Assembly (NCBI GenBank): GCA_963703285.1
Contig: OY969807.1
Coordinates: 1,440,001 to 1,504,000 of the forward strand
DNA: 64,000 nt
Source of the DNA: an uncultured Nitrososphaerota archaeon
GTDB taxonomy: Archaea > Thermoproteota > Nitrososphaeria > Nitrososphaerales > Gagatemarchaeaceae
Direction of reading: 5' to 3'
Position 1 is the first letter of the stretch; every line of letters begins with the position of its first letter. Under the pieces are notes generated by a model. That model searched no databases. It was not told the DNA's origin and saw only the letters and a list, made by a program, of their open reading frames with translations. This document shows, one piece after another, positions 27,256-36,768 of the stretch. The position numbers were made by a program, and so were the translations under genes.

Positions 27256-27411
27256 TCAGAGGCCCACGGCCGCCCAGACGTCGTCGTCGCTGTCGAGCTG
27301 GGTGTAGCCGCACCTCTCGCACTTCCTGCCGATCAGCGTGGTCTCCTTCGGGCCCGACCCTACCTTCCTCTCGTACTCGATCATCTGACCGGCGTGGCAG
27401 CGCTCGCACAT
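27256..27411 (-). CDS. Small zinc-ribbon protein (51 aa), not in the ORF track
   Basis: MCERCHAGQMIEYERKVGSGPKETTLIGRKCERCGYTQLDSDDDVWAAVGL has two CxxC. Confidence 0.75.
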   Translation of the reverse strand: MCERCHAGQMIEYERKVGSGPKETTLIGRKCERCGYTQLDSDDDVWAAVGL

Positions 27412-27503
27412 CAAGGGCGTTCGCCGCGGTAGGGAGACCGCATTTGAACGTTTAAGTTAGAGAAGGTGGAGCTCGCCCAAGGGCACGTGGAGAACGGAAG
27501 AGC

Positions 27504-28601
27504 TTGGGCATACCTGAGAAGATCAAGAAGATAGAGGATGACCTGCACAGGACGCAGGTCAACAAGAAGACCGAGCACCACGTGGGACTTCTCAGGGGAA
27601 AGCTCGCGAAGCTGAGGAAGGAGCAGGAGGAGCAGCAGTCCAGGCGCTCTGGCTCTGCTATAGGCTTCGACGTGAAGAAGTCCGGGGACGGGACGGTCGT
27701 TCTCGTCGGGCTCCCCAGCGTCGGGAAATCGACGTTGCTCAACGGGCTTACCAACGCCAAGTCGAAGGTGGCGGCCTACGCGTTCACGACGCTCGATGTC
27801 GTCCCGGGGGTGATGGACTACAAGGGGGCCAGGATACAGATCCTCGACCTCCCGGGGATAATCCAGGGCGCGTCATCGGGGAGGGGGCTGGGGAAGAGGG
27901 TCCTCGCCGTGGCGAGGAACGCCGACCTCGTCCTCTTCATCGTCGACGTCTTCCAGCCCGAGGCGAGGGGCCTCCTCGAGAAGGAGCTCAAGAACACGGG
28001 CGTCAGGGTCGACACGCAGCCGCCCAACGTCGTGATTGAGCCCACCACGACCGGAGGCATCTCCGTCACGGCCACGGTGAAGCTGACCAAGATCAGCGAG
28101 CAGCTTGTCAAGGAGATGCTCAGGGTCTACGAGTACAACAGCGCGAGGGTCGTGATCAGGGAGGACATAAGCGACGAGCAGCTGATCGACGTCCTCCTCG
28201 GCAACAGGATCTACGTACCGTCGCTGACCGTCATGAACAAGATAGACCTGGTCAACGCGGGCTTCACGAACGAGCTGGCGTCGAAGCTGCAGTACGACTT
28301 CGTCCCCGTCTCCGCCGAGGGTGGGGTCAACATAGCGGCGCTGAAGGAGGAGATATACAAGAAGCTGGACTTCGTCAGGATCTACATGCGCAGGAGGTCG
28401 GGGGAGACCGACTACAAGGAGCCCATGATCGTAAGGAACGGGTCGAGCGTCCTGGAGGTCTGCAACAAGGTCCACAGGAACATAAAGGACGAGTTCCGCT
28501 ACGCGCTGATCTGGGGCAAGTCCGTCAAGTTCGGCGGCCAGAGGGTGGGGATAAACCACAGGCTCATGGACGAGGACGTCCTCACCCTCGTCACGAAGTG
28601 A
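27504..28601 (+). CDS. DRG-family (OBG) GTPase with TGS domain
   Basis: GLPSVGKS, YAFTT, DLPGII, NKID and WGKSVKF.GQRVG motifs. Confidence 0.95.
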   Translation: MGIPEKIKKIEDDLHRTQVNKKTEHHVGLLRGKLAKLRKEQEEQQSRRSGSAIGFDVKKSGDGTVVLVGLPSVGKSTLLNGLTNAKSKVAAYAFTTLDVVPGVMDYKGARIQILDLPGIIQGASSGRGLGKRVLAVARNADLVLFIVDVFQPEARGLLEKELKNTGVRVDTQPPNVVIEPTTTGGISVTATVKLTKISEQLVKEMLRVYEYNSARVVIREDISDEQLIDVLLGNRIYVPSLTVMNKIDLVNAGFTNELASKLQYDFVPVSAEGGVNIAALKEEIYKKLDFVRIYMRRRSGETDYKEPMIVRNGSSVLEVCNKVHRNIKDEFRYALIWGKSVKFGGQRVGINHRLMDEDVLTLVTK

Positions 28602-28642
28602 CGGGATAGAGATATAATCGGAGCCGTCTCCTCCGGGGCACG

Positions 28643-29077
28643 ATGACAGTCGCCACAATCTCTCCCGACGAGGTGATGAGAACGCGCAGCGTCATAGCGG
28701 TCGTCGGAGCCTCGAAGAGCCCCAAGAAGGAGGCGCACAGGGTGCCCCTCTACCTCAGGGAGCACGGCTACCGGGTCATCCCGATCAACCCTTCGGCGGA
28801 CCAGATATTCGGGGAGAGGGCGTATCCCTCCCTAGAATCGATGCCCGAGGAGGTGGCGAGGGAGGTCGAGGTGGTGGAGGTCTTCAGGCCGAGCGAGGAG
28901 CTCCCCCAGGTGGCGCGGCAGGTGGTCGAGCTCTCGAGGAAGCACGCCAGACCCTACGTCTTCTGGGCACAGCTCGGGCTGCAGAGCGAGGAGGCGAAGG
29001 AGATTCTTACCAAGGGCGGGCTCCCCTTCGTCATGGACTCGTGCATGCGCGTGGTCCACGCTTCGATGAAGGCTTGA
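28643..29077 (+). CDS. CoA-binding protein (YccU-like)
   Basis: IAVVGAS, VIPINP, VFRP and WAQLG motifs. Confidence 0.92.
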   Translation: MTVATISPDEVMRTRSVIAVVGASKSPKKEAHRVPLYLREHGYRVIPINPSADQIFGERAYPSLESMPEEVAREVEVVEVFRPSEELPQVARQVVELSRKHARPYVFWAQLGLQSEEAKEILTKGGLPFVMDSCMRVVHASMKA

Positions 29078-29088
29078 CGATAGGGGGC

Positions 29089-29673
29089 CTAGGCCATGGT
29101 CGGAGGGTCGGCCAAGACTTCTCTCCCCTTCTCGATTCCCACGTACCTCTGGTAGAGCCGGACGTTCCTGCCCGTAAGCAGTCCCGAGCCGAACGCGAGC
29201 AGCGCGTCGGTCGCAATCTCTGCCGCGATAGCGGTGGGCCCGAGCGACAGCGACGTGAAGCTGAACGAGAGCGCGGAAGGGACATAGATGAAGTCGATGG
29301 CCAGCCTTACGACCAGCCCCAACACGTAGATCATGTAGATGATCGTGCCGCCCTTGGCCCAGATTGAGCCGTCGGCTCCCCTCCAGAAGACGAGCCTGCT
29401 GTCGATCGCTCTGTGGGCTGCGAACAAGGCAGCGACGTAGATGGCCGCGTCGATACCGGCATAGTAAACCGAGACGCCGGTCAGGAAGGAACTGGAGATG
29501 AGCAGTCCGGCGAACACCACATACCAGACCGAGTAGACGAGTGATCGCAGTTTGCTTATCCTTGTGCCGTAGATTATCCTTCTGATGCGGATTGCGATGA
29601 GTATGAAGATGATCGCATAGACGTCCCCGAACGATACTCCAGAACCGCCAGAGCCAGACACCGACCTTCCCAT
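29089..29673 (-). CDS. Membrane protein, possibly DUF1453/CcdC-like
   Basis: About six TM helices; FWRGADGSIWAKG loop. Confidence 0.65.
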   Translation of the reverse strand: MGRSVSGSGGSGVSFGDVYAIIFILIAIRIRRIIYGTRISKLRSLVYSVWYVVFAGLLISSSFLTGVSVYYAGIDAAIYVAALFAAHRAIDSRLVFWRGADGSIWAKGGTIIYMIYVLGLVVRLAIDFIYVPSALSFSFTSLSLGPTAIAAEIATDALLAFGSGLLTGRNVRLYQRYVGIEKGREVLADPPTMA

Positions 29674-29760
29674 CGACGATTCCTTCTTTAAGGCTTAGGG
29701 CTGCAGGTGGATTGTAGCACGACTCGATTCACGGACAGCGTCTCGCTGGACCTGGGAGCT

Positions 29761-29919
29761 TCACTGCTTGAGCATTTCGTAGAGCCTGTACCGCGCTTCC
29801 TCGCCGGGCGTGAGCGTGTAGCCGCACGTGACGCACGACACGCTCTGGTCCCGCCTCTTGAGGCCGTACCTCTTGCAGCCGGGACAGTGCATCTCCGAGT
29901 CCTTCTTCTCGTAGGACAT
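29761..29919 (-). CDS. Small zinc-ribbon protein (52 aa), not in the ORF track
   Basis: MSYEKKDSEMHCPGCKRYGLKRRDQSVSCVTCGYTLTPGEEARYRLYEMLKQ has two CxxC. Confidence 0.75.
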   Translation of the reverse strand: MSYEKKDSEMHCPGCKRYGLKRRDQSVSCVTCGYTLTPGEEARYRLYEMLKQ

Positions 29920-29956
29920 TGGCAGCTATTTATCGCTGGGGTTCTTATCTTCTAGG

Positions 29957-30223
29957 GTGGGCCGCTCGTGGGAGGTTTACATCGTCAGGTGCAGGACGGG
30001 TGAGATGTACACCGGCTGCACCACCGACCTGAAACGCAGAGTGGAGCAGCACAACAGCGGCTCGGGCTCCAAGTTCACTAGGAGCCGCAGGCCGGTCGTC
30101 CTGGTCTACCACGAAACGTGCGCGGACAGGTCCTCGGCCCTGAAGAGGGAGAACCAGATAAAGCGGCTCTCCCGCGCGGAGAAATCGCGCCTGGCTCACA
30201 CGGCCTCGGCGACGAGCGCGTAG
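29957..30223 (+). CDS. GIY-YIG nuclease family protein (UPF0213-like)
   Basis: VYIVRC...YTG.TTDL.RR..QHN.G.G.KFTR...A.KRE..IK. Confidence 0.92.
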   Translation: MGRSWEVYIVRCRTGEMYTGCTTDLKRRVEQHNSGSGSKFTRSRRPVVLVYHETCADRSSALKRENQIKRLSRAEKSRLAHTASATSA

Positions 30224-30972
30224 CTCGGATTCTCCGCGCTGAAGGGACCGCGGGTCAGGAGGGAGTCGTAGAGGCCGCTGAGGCTCCAGCCCGTCCTCGT
30301 GAGCATCGAGACGACCTCGTGAGGCGAGTAGACCCTGATGTCCGTGGGGAACTCCCCGGCGTACTTCATGGCCCTCCCGACCCTGAGGAAGAACCGCCAG
30401 GACCCCTTCTCGCGCGACGTAACCAGATCGAAGGTGTAGCGGTCGAGCACCAGCAGCCTCTCGCTCTCCTCGAAGACGTTCTGGGCCCCGTGCCTGACGA
30501 TGTAGTCCCTGTTCCTGAGCCCCGAGATCACGAACAGACCCCCGGTCCTCACCACGGACCTCAGCTGCCCGAAGAAGGCCTCGTCGTCCTCCTCGGTGCC
30601 GTACCCGATGCTGGTGAAGACGTTGATGGTGGAGTCGAAGGAGCCCTTCGCGAAGGAGCCGAGGTCCGACATCGACCCCGTGACGAAGGACGCGCTCCCG
30701 GTAAGGCCGAACCTCCTCGCCTTGGCGACCGCGACAGAGACTAGGTGGGGAGAGAAGTCGACCCCCGTAATCCTGTACCCTAGCTGGGCGAGGGGTATGC
30801 CCACTCTCCCGATCCCGCAGGGCACGTCGAGGACGCTGCACCCGCCCATCCCCCTCTCCTGGAGGAGGCTGGATATGGCGAGGGCGTCCTCCTCTCCGCG
30901 CTTCCACATCCCCTCCAGCACGAGCTCGTACAGCTTCGCGTTCCTAATGAAGACGTTCTTCGCCCAGTTCAC
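30196..30972 (-). CDS. Class I SAM-dependent methyltransferase
   Basis: VLDVPCGIGR, GVDFS and NVFTSIGY motifs. Confidence 0.9.
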   Translation of the reverse strand: MNWAKNVFIRNAKLYELVLEGMWKRGEEDALAISSLLQERGMGGCSVLDVPCGIGRVGIPLAQLGYRITGVDFSPHLVSVAVAKARRFGLTGSASFVTGSMSDLGSFAKGSFDSTINVFTSIGYGTEEDDEAFFGQLRSVVRTGGLFVISGLRNRDYIVRHGAQNVFEESERLLVLDRYTFDLVTSREKGSWRFFLRVGRAMKYAGEFPTDIRVYSPHEVVSMLTRTGWSLSGLYDSLLTRGPFSAENPSYALVAEAV

Positions 30973-31063
30973 GCACGCGACGCGGCGTCCCGGGTAGAAA
31001 AGCTTGGACGGGTGGGGGCGAGCGAATATATACGAACAACCCGGTTCGCCCTGCGAAGAGCCG

Positions 31064-31726
31064 ATGGCCGCGGATGCCGCTGAGGTCAGGAGGCTGACGG
31101 ACGAGTTCAAGGGTTCTCTCGGGTTCAGGGTTCACGGCGAGATGAACAACAACAGGAGGAGCCTGAGGATCCTCTCGAGGAACGAGGACGAGCTCATCCA
31201 GGCCGTGGCCGCCGTCAGGCGGGCGGCCGGCGAAAGCGAATCTCCCTCGGAGGCTCTCGCCAGGGAGGAGCTTGCGCGCAGGCTCGAGAACTTCCTCTCC
31301 TCGGCGTTCGACCTCATCGACCACACGAGGAGGTACTGCCGCGGGCAGTACGAGAAGACCGACTATGCGAGGGAGATACAGTCGGAGATTGATAGGCGGT
31401 TCATCTTCGAGCGCGACTTCAAGCTGGCCCAGGGACTCCGGTCCATATCAGCCCACGTCGATTCGCTGGCGAAGGACAGGCTGCAGGTCAAGCAGCTGCT
31501 GGCGTGGGACGAATGGAACGACAACCAGAGGGCGATCCTCGGAGCGATGAAGGTCGACATCGAAGTGCAGGAGTTCTCGGAGGCTTACCTCGCGAGGATA
31601 CAGGACTTCTACTCGTGGCTCTGGAAGAGGCAGAGCGAAATCCACTCCAAGGACCTCGCAGAGGCCGAGCAGATGAGGGTGCGCGCGAAGGAGGCCTACG
31701 ACAGAATGTTCCCACCGTCCGCCTAG
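31064..31726 (+). CDS. All-helical hypothetical protein, possibly HEPN-like
   Basis: RRLENFLSSAFDLIDHTRR followed by GLRSISAH (Rx4H). Confidence 0.6.
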   Translation: MAADAAEVRRLTDEFKGSLGFRVHGEMNNNRRSLRILSRNEDELIQAVAAVRRAAGESESPSEALAREELARRLENFLSSAFDLIDHTRRYCRGQYEKTDYAREIQSEIDRRFIFERDFKLAQGLRSISAHVDSLAKDRLQVKQLLAWDEWNDNQRAILGAMKVDIEVQEFSEAYLARIQDFYSWLWKRQSEIHSKDLAEAEQMRVRAKEAYDRMFPPSA

Positions 31727-31821
31727 GCGGCGGGGCCTTCGGCGTGTTCGGATGCTGTCGCCGGTGATGAGGGTTGGGGCGGCCCGCCACGATTTTATCC
31801 TACGCTGAGGGCCAGAGCGAT

Positions 31822-32782
31822 ATGCCGGGTTCGAGCGGCTGCAGGCTCGGTGTTTCCTTCGGCGAGGAGTCGGAGCTCTACTCGTTCCCGTACCCGCATC
31901 CCATGAACAGGTCGAGGATCGAGCTCTTTGGCGAGTGGCTGAGGTCGGCCGAAGGGTTCGAGGTCTTCAAGCCGGTCAGGGCGGCGCGGGATGGCCTCCT
32001 CCTCTTCCACACGCCAGAATACGTTGACTTCGTCAGGGACTCGTCCCTCCTCGGCGAAGGCTTCCTGGACTACGCAGACACCCCGTCCTTCAAGGGGGTC
32101 TACGAGGCGTCGCTCTACCCAGTGGGCGACACCCTCAACGGGCTGGAGCTCGTGCTCGACGGGAAGCTCGACCACTTCTTCAATCCGGTCGGAGGGCTCC
32201 ACCACGCGAGGGAGGGAAACGCCGGGGGGTTCTGCGTCTTCAACGACGCGGCCATAGCGATGCGGAGGGCGCTCTCGTCTCCGGGGTTCAAGACGGTCGC
32301 CTACGTCGATATCGACGCGCATCACGGTGACGGCGTCTTCTACGGTTTCGAGTCGGACCCGCGCGATCATAGGGGACATCCACGAGGACGGGCACTTCCT
32401 CTATCCCGGCACGGGGAGCGCGTCGGAGACGGGGGAGGGCGTCGCCAGGGGGACCAAGCTGAACGTCCCGCTCCCTCCGGGGGCCGGCGACGATGAGTTC
32501 GTCGAGGCGTTCCGCAGGGTCGAGGAGTTCGTGCGGAGCTTCGAGCCCGACCTCATCCTGCTTCAGTGCGGGGCAGACGGCCTGGGCGGAGACCCGCTCA
32601 CCCACCTCCAGTACACTTCGAGAGCGCACGCCCTCGCGTCGTCGAGGCTCCACTCCCTGGCGCACGAGGTCTGCGGGGGAAGGATGGTCGCGATGGGAGG
32701 CGGAGGTTACAACCCAACCAACGTGCGCGACGCCTGGTCGGCGGTCGTCAGGGAGCTTTCGGGCCGGGGAGGACCGCCTTGA
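31822..32782 (+). pseudogene. Histone deacetylase family / AcuC-like protein, frameshifted near 32365
   Basis: HPMN, GGLHHA, GFCVFND and DIDAHHGDG in one frame; DIHEDG..LYPGTG, GADGL.GDPL and GGGGY in another. Confidence 0.85.
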
Positions 32783-32843
32783 ACCGCGTCTATCGGGTCG
32801 CAGAGTCGCAAAGTATTTTGTCTGCCGCGTCGCGAGGCCGTCC

Positions 32844-33533
32844 ATGACGCAGGAGGTGCGACAGGGAGTCCATCAGGTCCCCGACATGGGGTTCTCGAAC
32901 GCGTACCTCGTCGAGATGGAGGGGCAGAGCCTGGCGCTCATCGACACGGGGACGCCCGGCAAGGCGCCGAAGGTGCTCGCGTGTCTCGGGAGCATGGGGA
33001 GGAAGCCGGGGGATATCTCGTACATCGTCCTGACCCACGCTGACGGCGACCACTCCGGGAGCGCGGCGGAGCTGAGGAGGCTCACCGGCGCCAAGCTCGC
33101 GATCGGGGAGGTCGACGCACCTAGGCTCTCCGGCGAGAAGAAGCTCAAGGAGGCGAGCGGCTTCGGGGGCCTCATGATCGGCCTCTTCGGGGCGTTCATG
33201 AAGGTCGAGAGGGTCAAGCCCGACATAACGTTCAAGGAGGGGTCGGCGGTCGGTCCGCTCTCCATCATCGACACGCCCGGCCACACCGACGGGAGCATCT
33301 CGGTCTACAAGCCCAACGAGGCGATCTTCGTGGGCGACCTCCTCAGGACGGACGGTTCGGGGAGGCTGAAGCTCTCCTCGGCAAGCATGAGCAGGGACGT
33401 GGCCGAGATGAAGCGCTCCGCCGAGAAGATATCGAAGCTGGAGTTCGAGATGCTGCTCCCCGGACACGGGAGCCCCATCATGGACGGGGCTTCGAAGAAG
33501 CTGAGGGAGTTCGTCGACGGCGGTTTCAGGTGA
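32844..33533 (+). CDS. MBL-fold metallo-hydrolase
   Basis: IDTG, THADGDHSG, TPGHT.G, GD and PGHG motifs. Confidence 0.92.
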   Translation: MTQEVRQGVHQVPDMGFSNAYLVEMEGQSLALIDTGTPGKAPKVLACLGSMGRKPGDISYIVLTHADGDHSGSAAELRRLTGAKLAIGEVDAPRLSGEKKLKEASGFGGLMIGLFGAFMKVERVKPDITFKEGSAVGPLSIIDTPGHTDGSISVYKPNEAIFVGDLLRTDGSGRLKLSSASMSRDVAEMKRSAEKISKLEFEMLLPGHGSPIMDGASKKLREFVDGGFR

Positions 33534-33580
33534 GCCACGGGCAACCCAAATAACGGTCCCCTTCCCCGCGGGAAGCTGCG

Positions 33581-33799
33581 TTGAGCCCCTCCAGGACGGT
33601 CGTCATCTATGCGACGGGCATCGTCCTTGCCTTCTCGTGGGGGCTCTACTACGTCGTCGTCTCCGCCCTCGGTTTCCAGACTACCCTGACCATCGAGATG
33701 CTCGCCGTCACGGCCATCGCTGCGGCCGGGCTGGTCGGGATGGAGCTATACTACAGGCGCAAGCGAAGTTCCTCCGCAGAGATCCGGCCCCGGGCTTAG
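33581..33799 (+). CDS. Small two-TM membrane protein
   Basis: Two hydrophobic helices and a basic tail; resembles the ORF at 63809. Confidence 0.65.
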   Translation: MSPSRTVVIYATGIVLAFSWGLYYVVVSALGFQTTLTIEMLAVTAIAAAGLVGMELYYRRKRSSSAEIRPRA

Positions 33800-33839
33800 G
33801 ACGCTTCCGCCTCGCAGGATGGGTTGACGGGGAGACCCG

Positions 33840-34679
33840 CTACAGTGCCTGCCCGCAGTTGTTGCAGTACTTCGAGCCCGGCTGGACGGGTGACCCGCAG
33901 TGCCTGCAGAAGCCTCCGACCGCAGCCGGACCCAGGGCAGCGTCAGGCTGGGAGTATGGCGGTTGCATCGGACCCGGAGGTATTCCGTAGGCCGACGCGT
34001 CCGGCGGCGTCGGGGTGGCAGACGGTCCGTAGGTGATGTAGGCGTAGGTGATGATGACGGAGACCCAAGCCTCGAGCGGGACAGAGAGGAGCGACTCGAC
34101 GACCTTCCCTCCCAGGGGCGAGGCGAAGGAGACTGCGGCGTCTATTATCCCGACGACGATCGCGACGACGATGATGACCACGAATATGGCGAAGGTGGAC
34201 CACTTCTTGTCGCGGCCGAAGGCCTTGCTCGCCGACATGCCCGCCAGGGCCCCCTTGTTCTCGAGCATTATCGCCGGAACGGTGTAGGCGTACCAGGTCA
34301 CAAATATGATTCCCGGGACGATCAGGGCGATGGTGCCGAGGAGGACTATCAGGCCCACCAAGATCCCCGCGATGAGCAACGTGAAGAACCTCCCGAAGGC
34401 CTGCCTGAGGGAATTGGGGATGTCGAGCTCACGGCCGCTGAGGGACTCCTGGACCAGCGAGGGGTACGCCCCTGCGACGATTATGGAGACGATCAGGCTG
34501 ATGAAGACAAGGATCAGCTCCAGCACGCTCAGGGTCGCCACGTTGGCCAGGTCCTCGAGCAGGGACAGCACCAGAACTATCACCTGCGGGATCAGGAGCG
34601 CCGGCGTCTTCATTATCAGGTTCGCGGATTTCGAGAGGACCTCCCCGACGACGATCGGCTTGCCGACCCTCACGCCCAT
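33840..34679 (-). CDS. Membrane protein with a C-terminal zinc ribbon
   Basis: TM bundle (LIVPGII), Pro-rich linker and FCRHCG...YCNNCG. Confidence 0.85.
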   Translation of the reverse strand: MGVRVGKPIVVGEVLSKSANLIMKTPALLIPQVIVLVLSLLEDLANVATLSVLELILVFISLIVSIIVAGAYPSLVQESLSGRELDIPNSLRQAFGRFFTLLIAGILVGLIVLLGTIALIVPGIIFVTWYAYTVPAIMLENKGALAGMSASKAFGRDKKWSTFAIFVVIIVVAIVVGIIDAAVSFASPLGGKVVESLLSVPLEAWVSVIITYAYITYGPSATPTPPDASAYGIPPGPMQPPYSQPDAALGPAAVGGFCRHCGSPVQPGSKYCNNCGQAL

Positions 34680-34793
34680 GGTGGTGGCAGCGTCTTGTCT
34701 GATATTTATTCTCACGGGAGTTAGGGGCGCCCATTCGCGGACGATGGGTCCGTCCGGAGCGACGGAGGAGCGTCCAACCCCCCCCCGGCGCTC

Positions 34794-36629
34794 CTACCGC
34801 CTGCCGCGACGGTGGTGCTTCCTCGGAGGGTTCATCGCGACGATGTCGAAGAGGATGCGTCTGTAGTTTATCGTCAGGGACCTCGCGAAGAACGGACCCT
34901 CTATCAGCATGTCGTGCAGGTTGTGCTCGTTCTTCTCGTAGAGCTCGAACCTCTCGAAGGATAGGCAGTCTTCGAGGTACGGCCTGAGCCTGGAGACAGG
35001 AAGGTCCGACGTCACCTCCTCGGGGACGGGTTCGCTCTTCGACGTGGTCAGCAGGTCGTTGAGCGCATCCCGCGCCGCCTGGAAGTTCTTCCAGGCCTCC
35101 TCCGCAAAACCCGGGAAGATCCCGTTGGCGACGAGCCTGGCCGAGAACGAGCCGTCCTCGTCCTGGGAGTAGGCCCTGAGGAGGCTGGCCTTGACGTTCA
35201 GCTCGTTCGACCTGTCGTAGGCGTAGAGGAACTGGCGCGCGACCCCCTCGAGCTCCGCCCTGTACGCGTGGTTGAGGGAATCGCCGAACGAGCCGCTCGC
35301 CAGGAGGAACCGGGCGGCGTCATATTCTCCGGAGATCAGCGCGCTCGATATCATGTGGGCGAAGTCCGGGTCATAGGGAATCTCGCTCATCAGGGTCCCC
35401 TTCCAAGTAATCTTGCGGGTGCGCCCGTCTATGGCTCCTATCTCGACGAGCCAGTCCTCGGCGAAGGCGACCTCGCGTGGGTCCACCTTGGACATGAAAT
35501 CGAGGTCTGAAAGCTTGAGGCCGTACTTCGACATGAGGAGGACCAGGTCGAAGGGGGTCTCCGTCTCGAGGGACTTGCGGACCGGCGTGGGCTCGATCTT
35601 CTTCGGGACCGGGGTGTCGGAGATTATGACCGCCCTGCCGGGCTTGAACCGTCCGATCCTCCCGATCATCTGCAGGAGAGAGTTGTTGTCTATCTTCTTG
35701 TACTGCAGGGACTTCTGTCCGAGTCTGTCCTTGCCGTCGATGACCTCGTTGAATATCAGGACGTTGTCGACGTAGATGTTCACCGAGGAAGCGATGACGT
35801 TCGTCGCGAAGATCCTCAGGTTCTTCTCTGTCTCTGCCCTCCTCTGGATCGTGTTGACCTCGGAGCCCACGAGGCCTCCGTGGATGAAGACGCCTCTGTA
35901 GCTCCCGGCGTAGTTCTCAACCAGACGCCTGGTCGGGAGGAAGACGAGCCATGACTCGTTCGGGGGCTGCTGGTAGAGATAGAGGGAGAGGACCCTGAAC
36001 ATCTCCTCGAAGTCCTTCGCCAGCTCGACCTCGATCCTCACGGGGAACCTCCGCCCGCTCAGCGAGTACAGCTTCGATATCCCCAAGAAGGAGAGGAACT
36101 CCCTCGGGTCTATCGTCGCGCTCATGACGCGGAAGAGGTTCCTGGCCGACGCCTCCTCCTTCTTGGCGAGCGACATGCAGAGCTCGAGCTGGGAGGACAT
36201 CTGGTGGCTCTCGTCGAAGTAGATCGAGGACTCCGAGACCGAGTCCTCCGCGAGCATCCTGAGCAGGACGCCGTCGGTGACCACCTTTATCATGCCGCCG
36301 ACGTTGATCTTCGTGTCCTTCGTGATGACGGCCAGCTCGTCGCTTATCTCGGGATGGAGCGCCTGGAGGGAGTAGTATAGCGCGTTGCAGGCTGCCCTGG
36401 AGGGTTCGCGGATGAGAATCTGGCGCTTCTTGTCGTAGACCTCGAACTCGCGGACCGGCGTCACGGTGCTCTTTCCCGTCCCGACGTCACCGACTATCAC
36501 GAAGTGCCTGGTGAAGTCTATCGAGTTGAGGACGGAGAAGATGGGGAGCGGGGGCCGTCCCGTGAGCGCCGCATCCGCGATCGGGCGCGCCGGCCCCCGG
36601 TCGTCTCCGCCGGATTCGGTGCCAGCCAA
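34794..36629 (-). CDS. DEAH/RHA-family (HrpA/HrpB-like) SF2 helicase
   Basis: GDVGTGKST, EPSRAA, TDGVLLR, DESH, MSAT, GRRFPV, LVFLP, ATNVIASSVNI and QMIGRIGR; HA2-like region (G.LMSEIP.DP). Confidence 0.85.
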   Translation of the reverse strand: MAGTESGGDDRGPARPIADAALTGRPPLPIFSVLNSIDFTRHFVIVGDVGTGKSTVTPVREFEVYDKKRQILIREPSRAACNALYYSLQALHPEISDELAVITKDTKINVGGMIKVVTDGVLLRMLAEDSVSESSIYFDESHQMSSQLELCMSLAKKEEASARNLFRVMSATIDPREFLSFLGISKLYSLSGRRFPVRIEVELAKDFEEMFRVLSLYLYQQPPNESWLVFLPTRRLVENYAGSYRGVFIHGGLVGSEVNTIQRRAETEKNLRIFATNVIASSVNIYVDNVLIFNEVIDGKDRLGQKSLQYKKIDNNSLLQMIGRIGRFKPGRAVIISDTPVPKKIEPTPVRKSLETETPFDLVLLMSKYGLKLSDLDFMSKVDPREVAFAEDWLVEIGAIDGRTRKITWKGTLMSEIPYDPDFAHMISSALISGEYDAARFLLASGSFGDSLNHAYRAELEGVARQFLYAYDRSNELNVKASLLRAYSQDEDGSFSARLVANGIFPGFAEEAWKNFQAARDALNDLLTTSKSEPVPEEVTSDLPVSRLRPYLEDCLSFERFELYEKNEHNLHDMLIEGPFFARSLTINYRRILFDIVAMNPPRKHHRRGRR

Positions 36630-36768
36630 GCGATGGGTCTGCCTCTCCGAAAAAACACCGCCCCGGGGAGGGAGATAAACCAGCCTACGCGTCTCCTGGC
36701 CCGATGATGGGCCGAGTCCCCCGAGACGTCCCGGGGAGCGGGTGGGGTCCTCAGGTGGGAGCCGGCGG

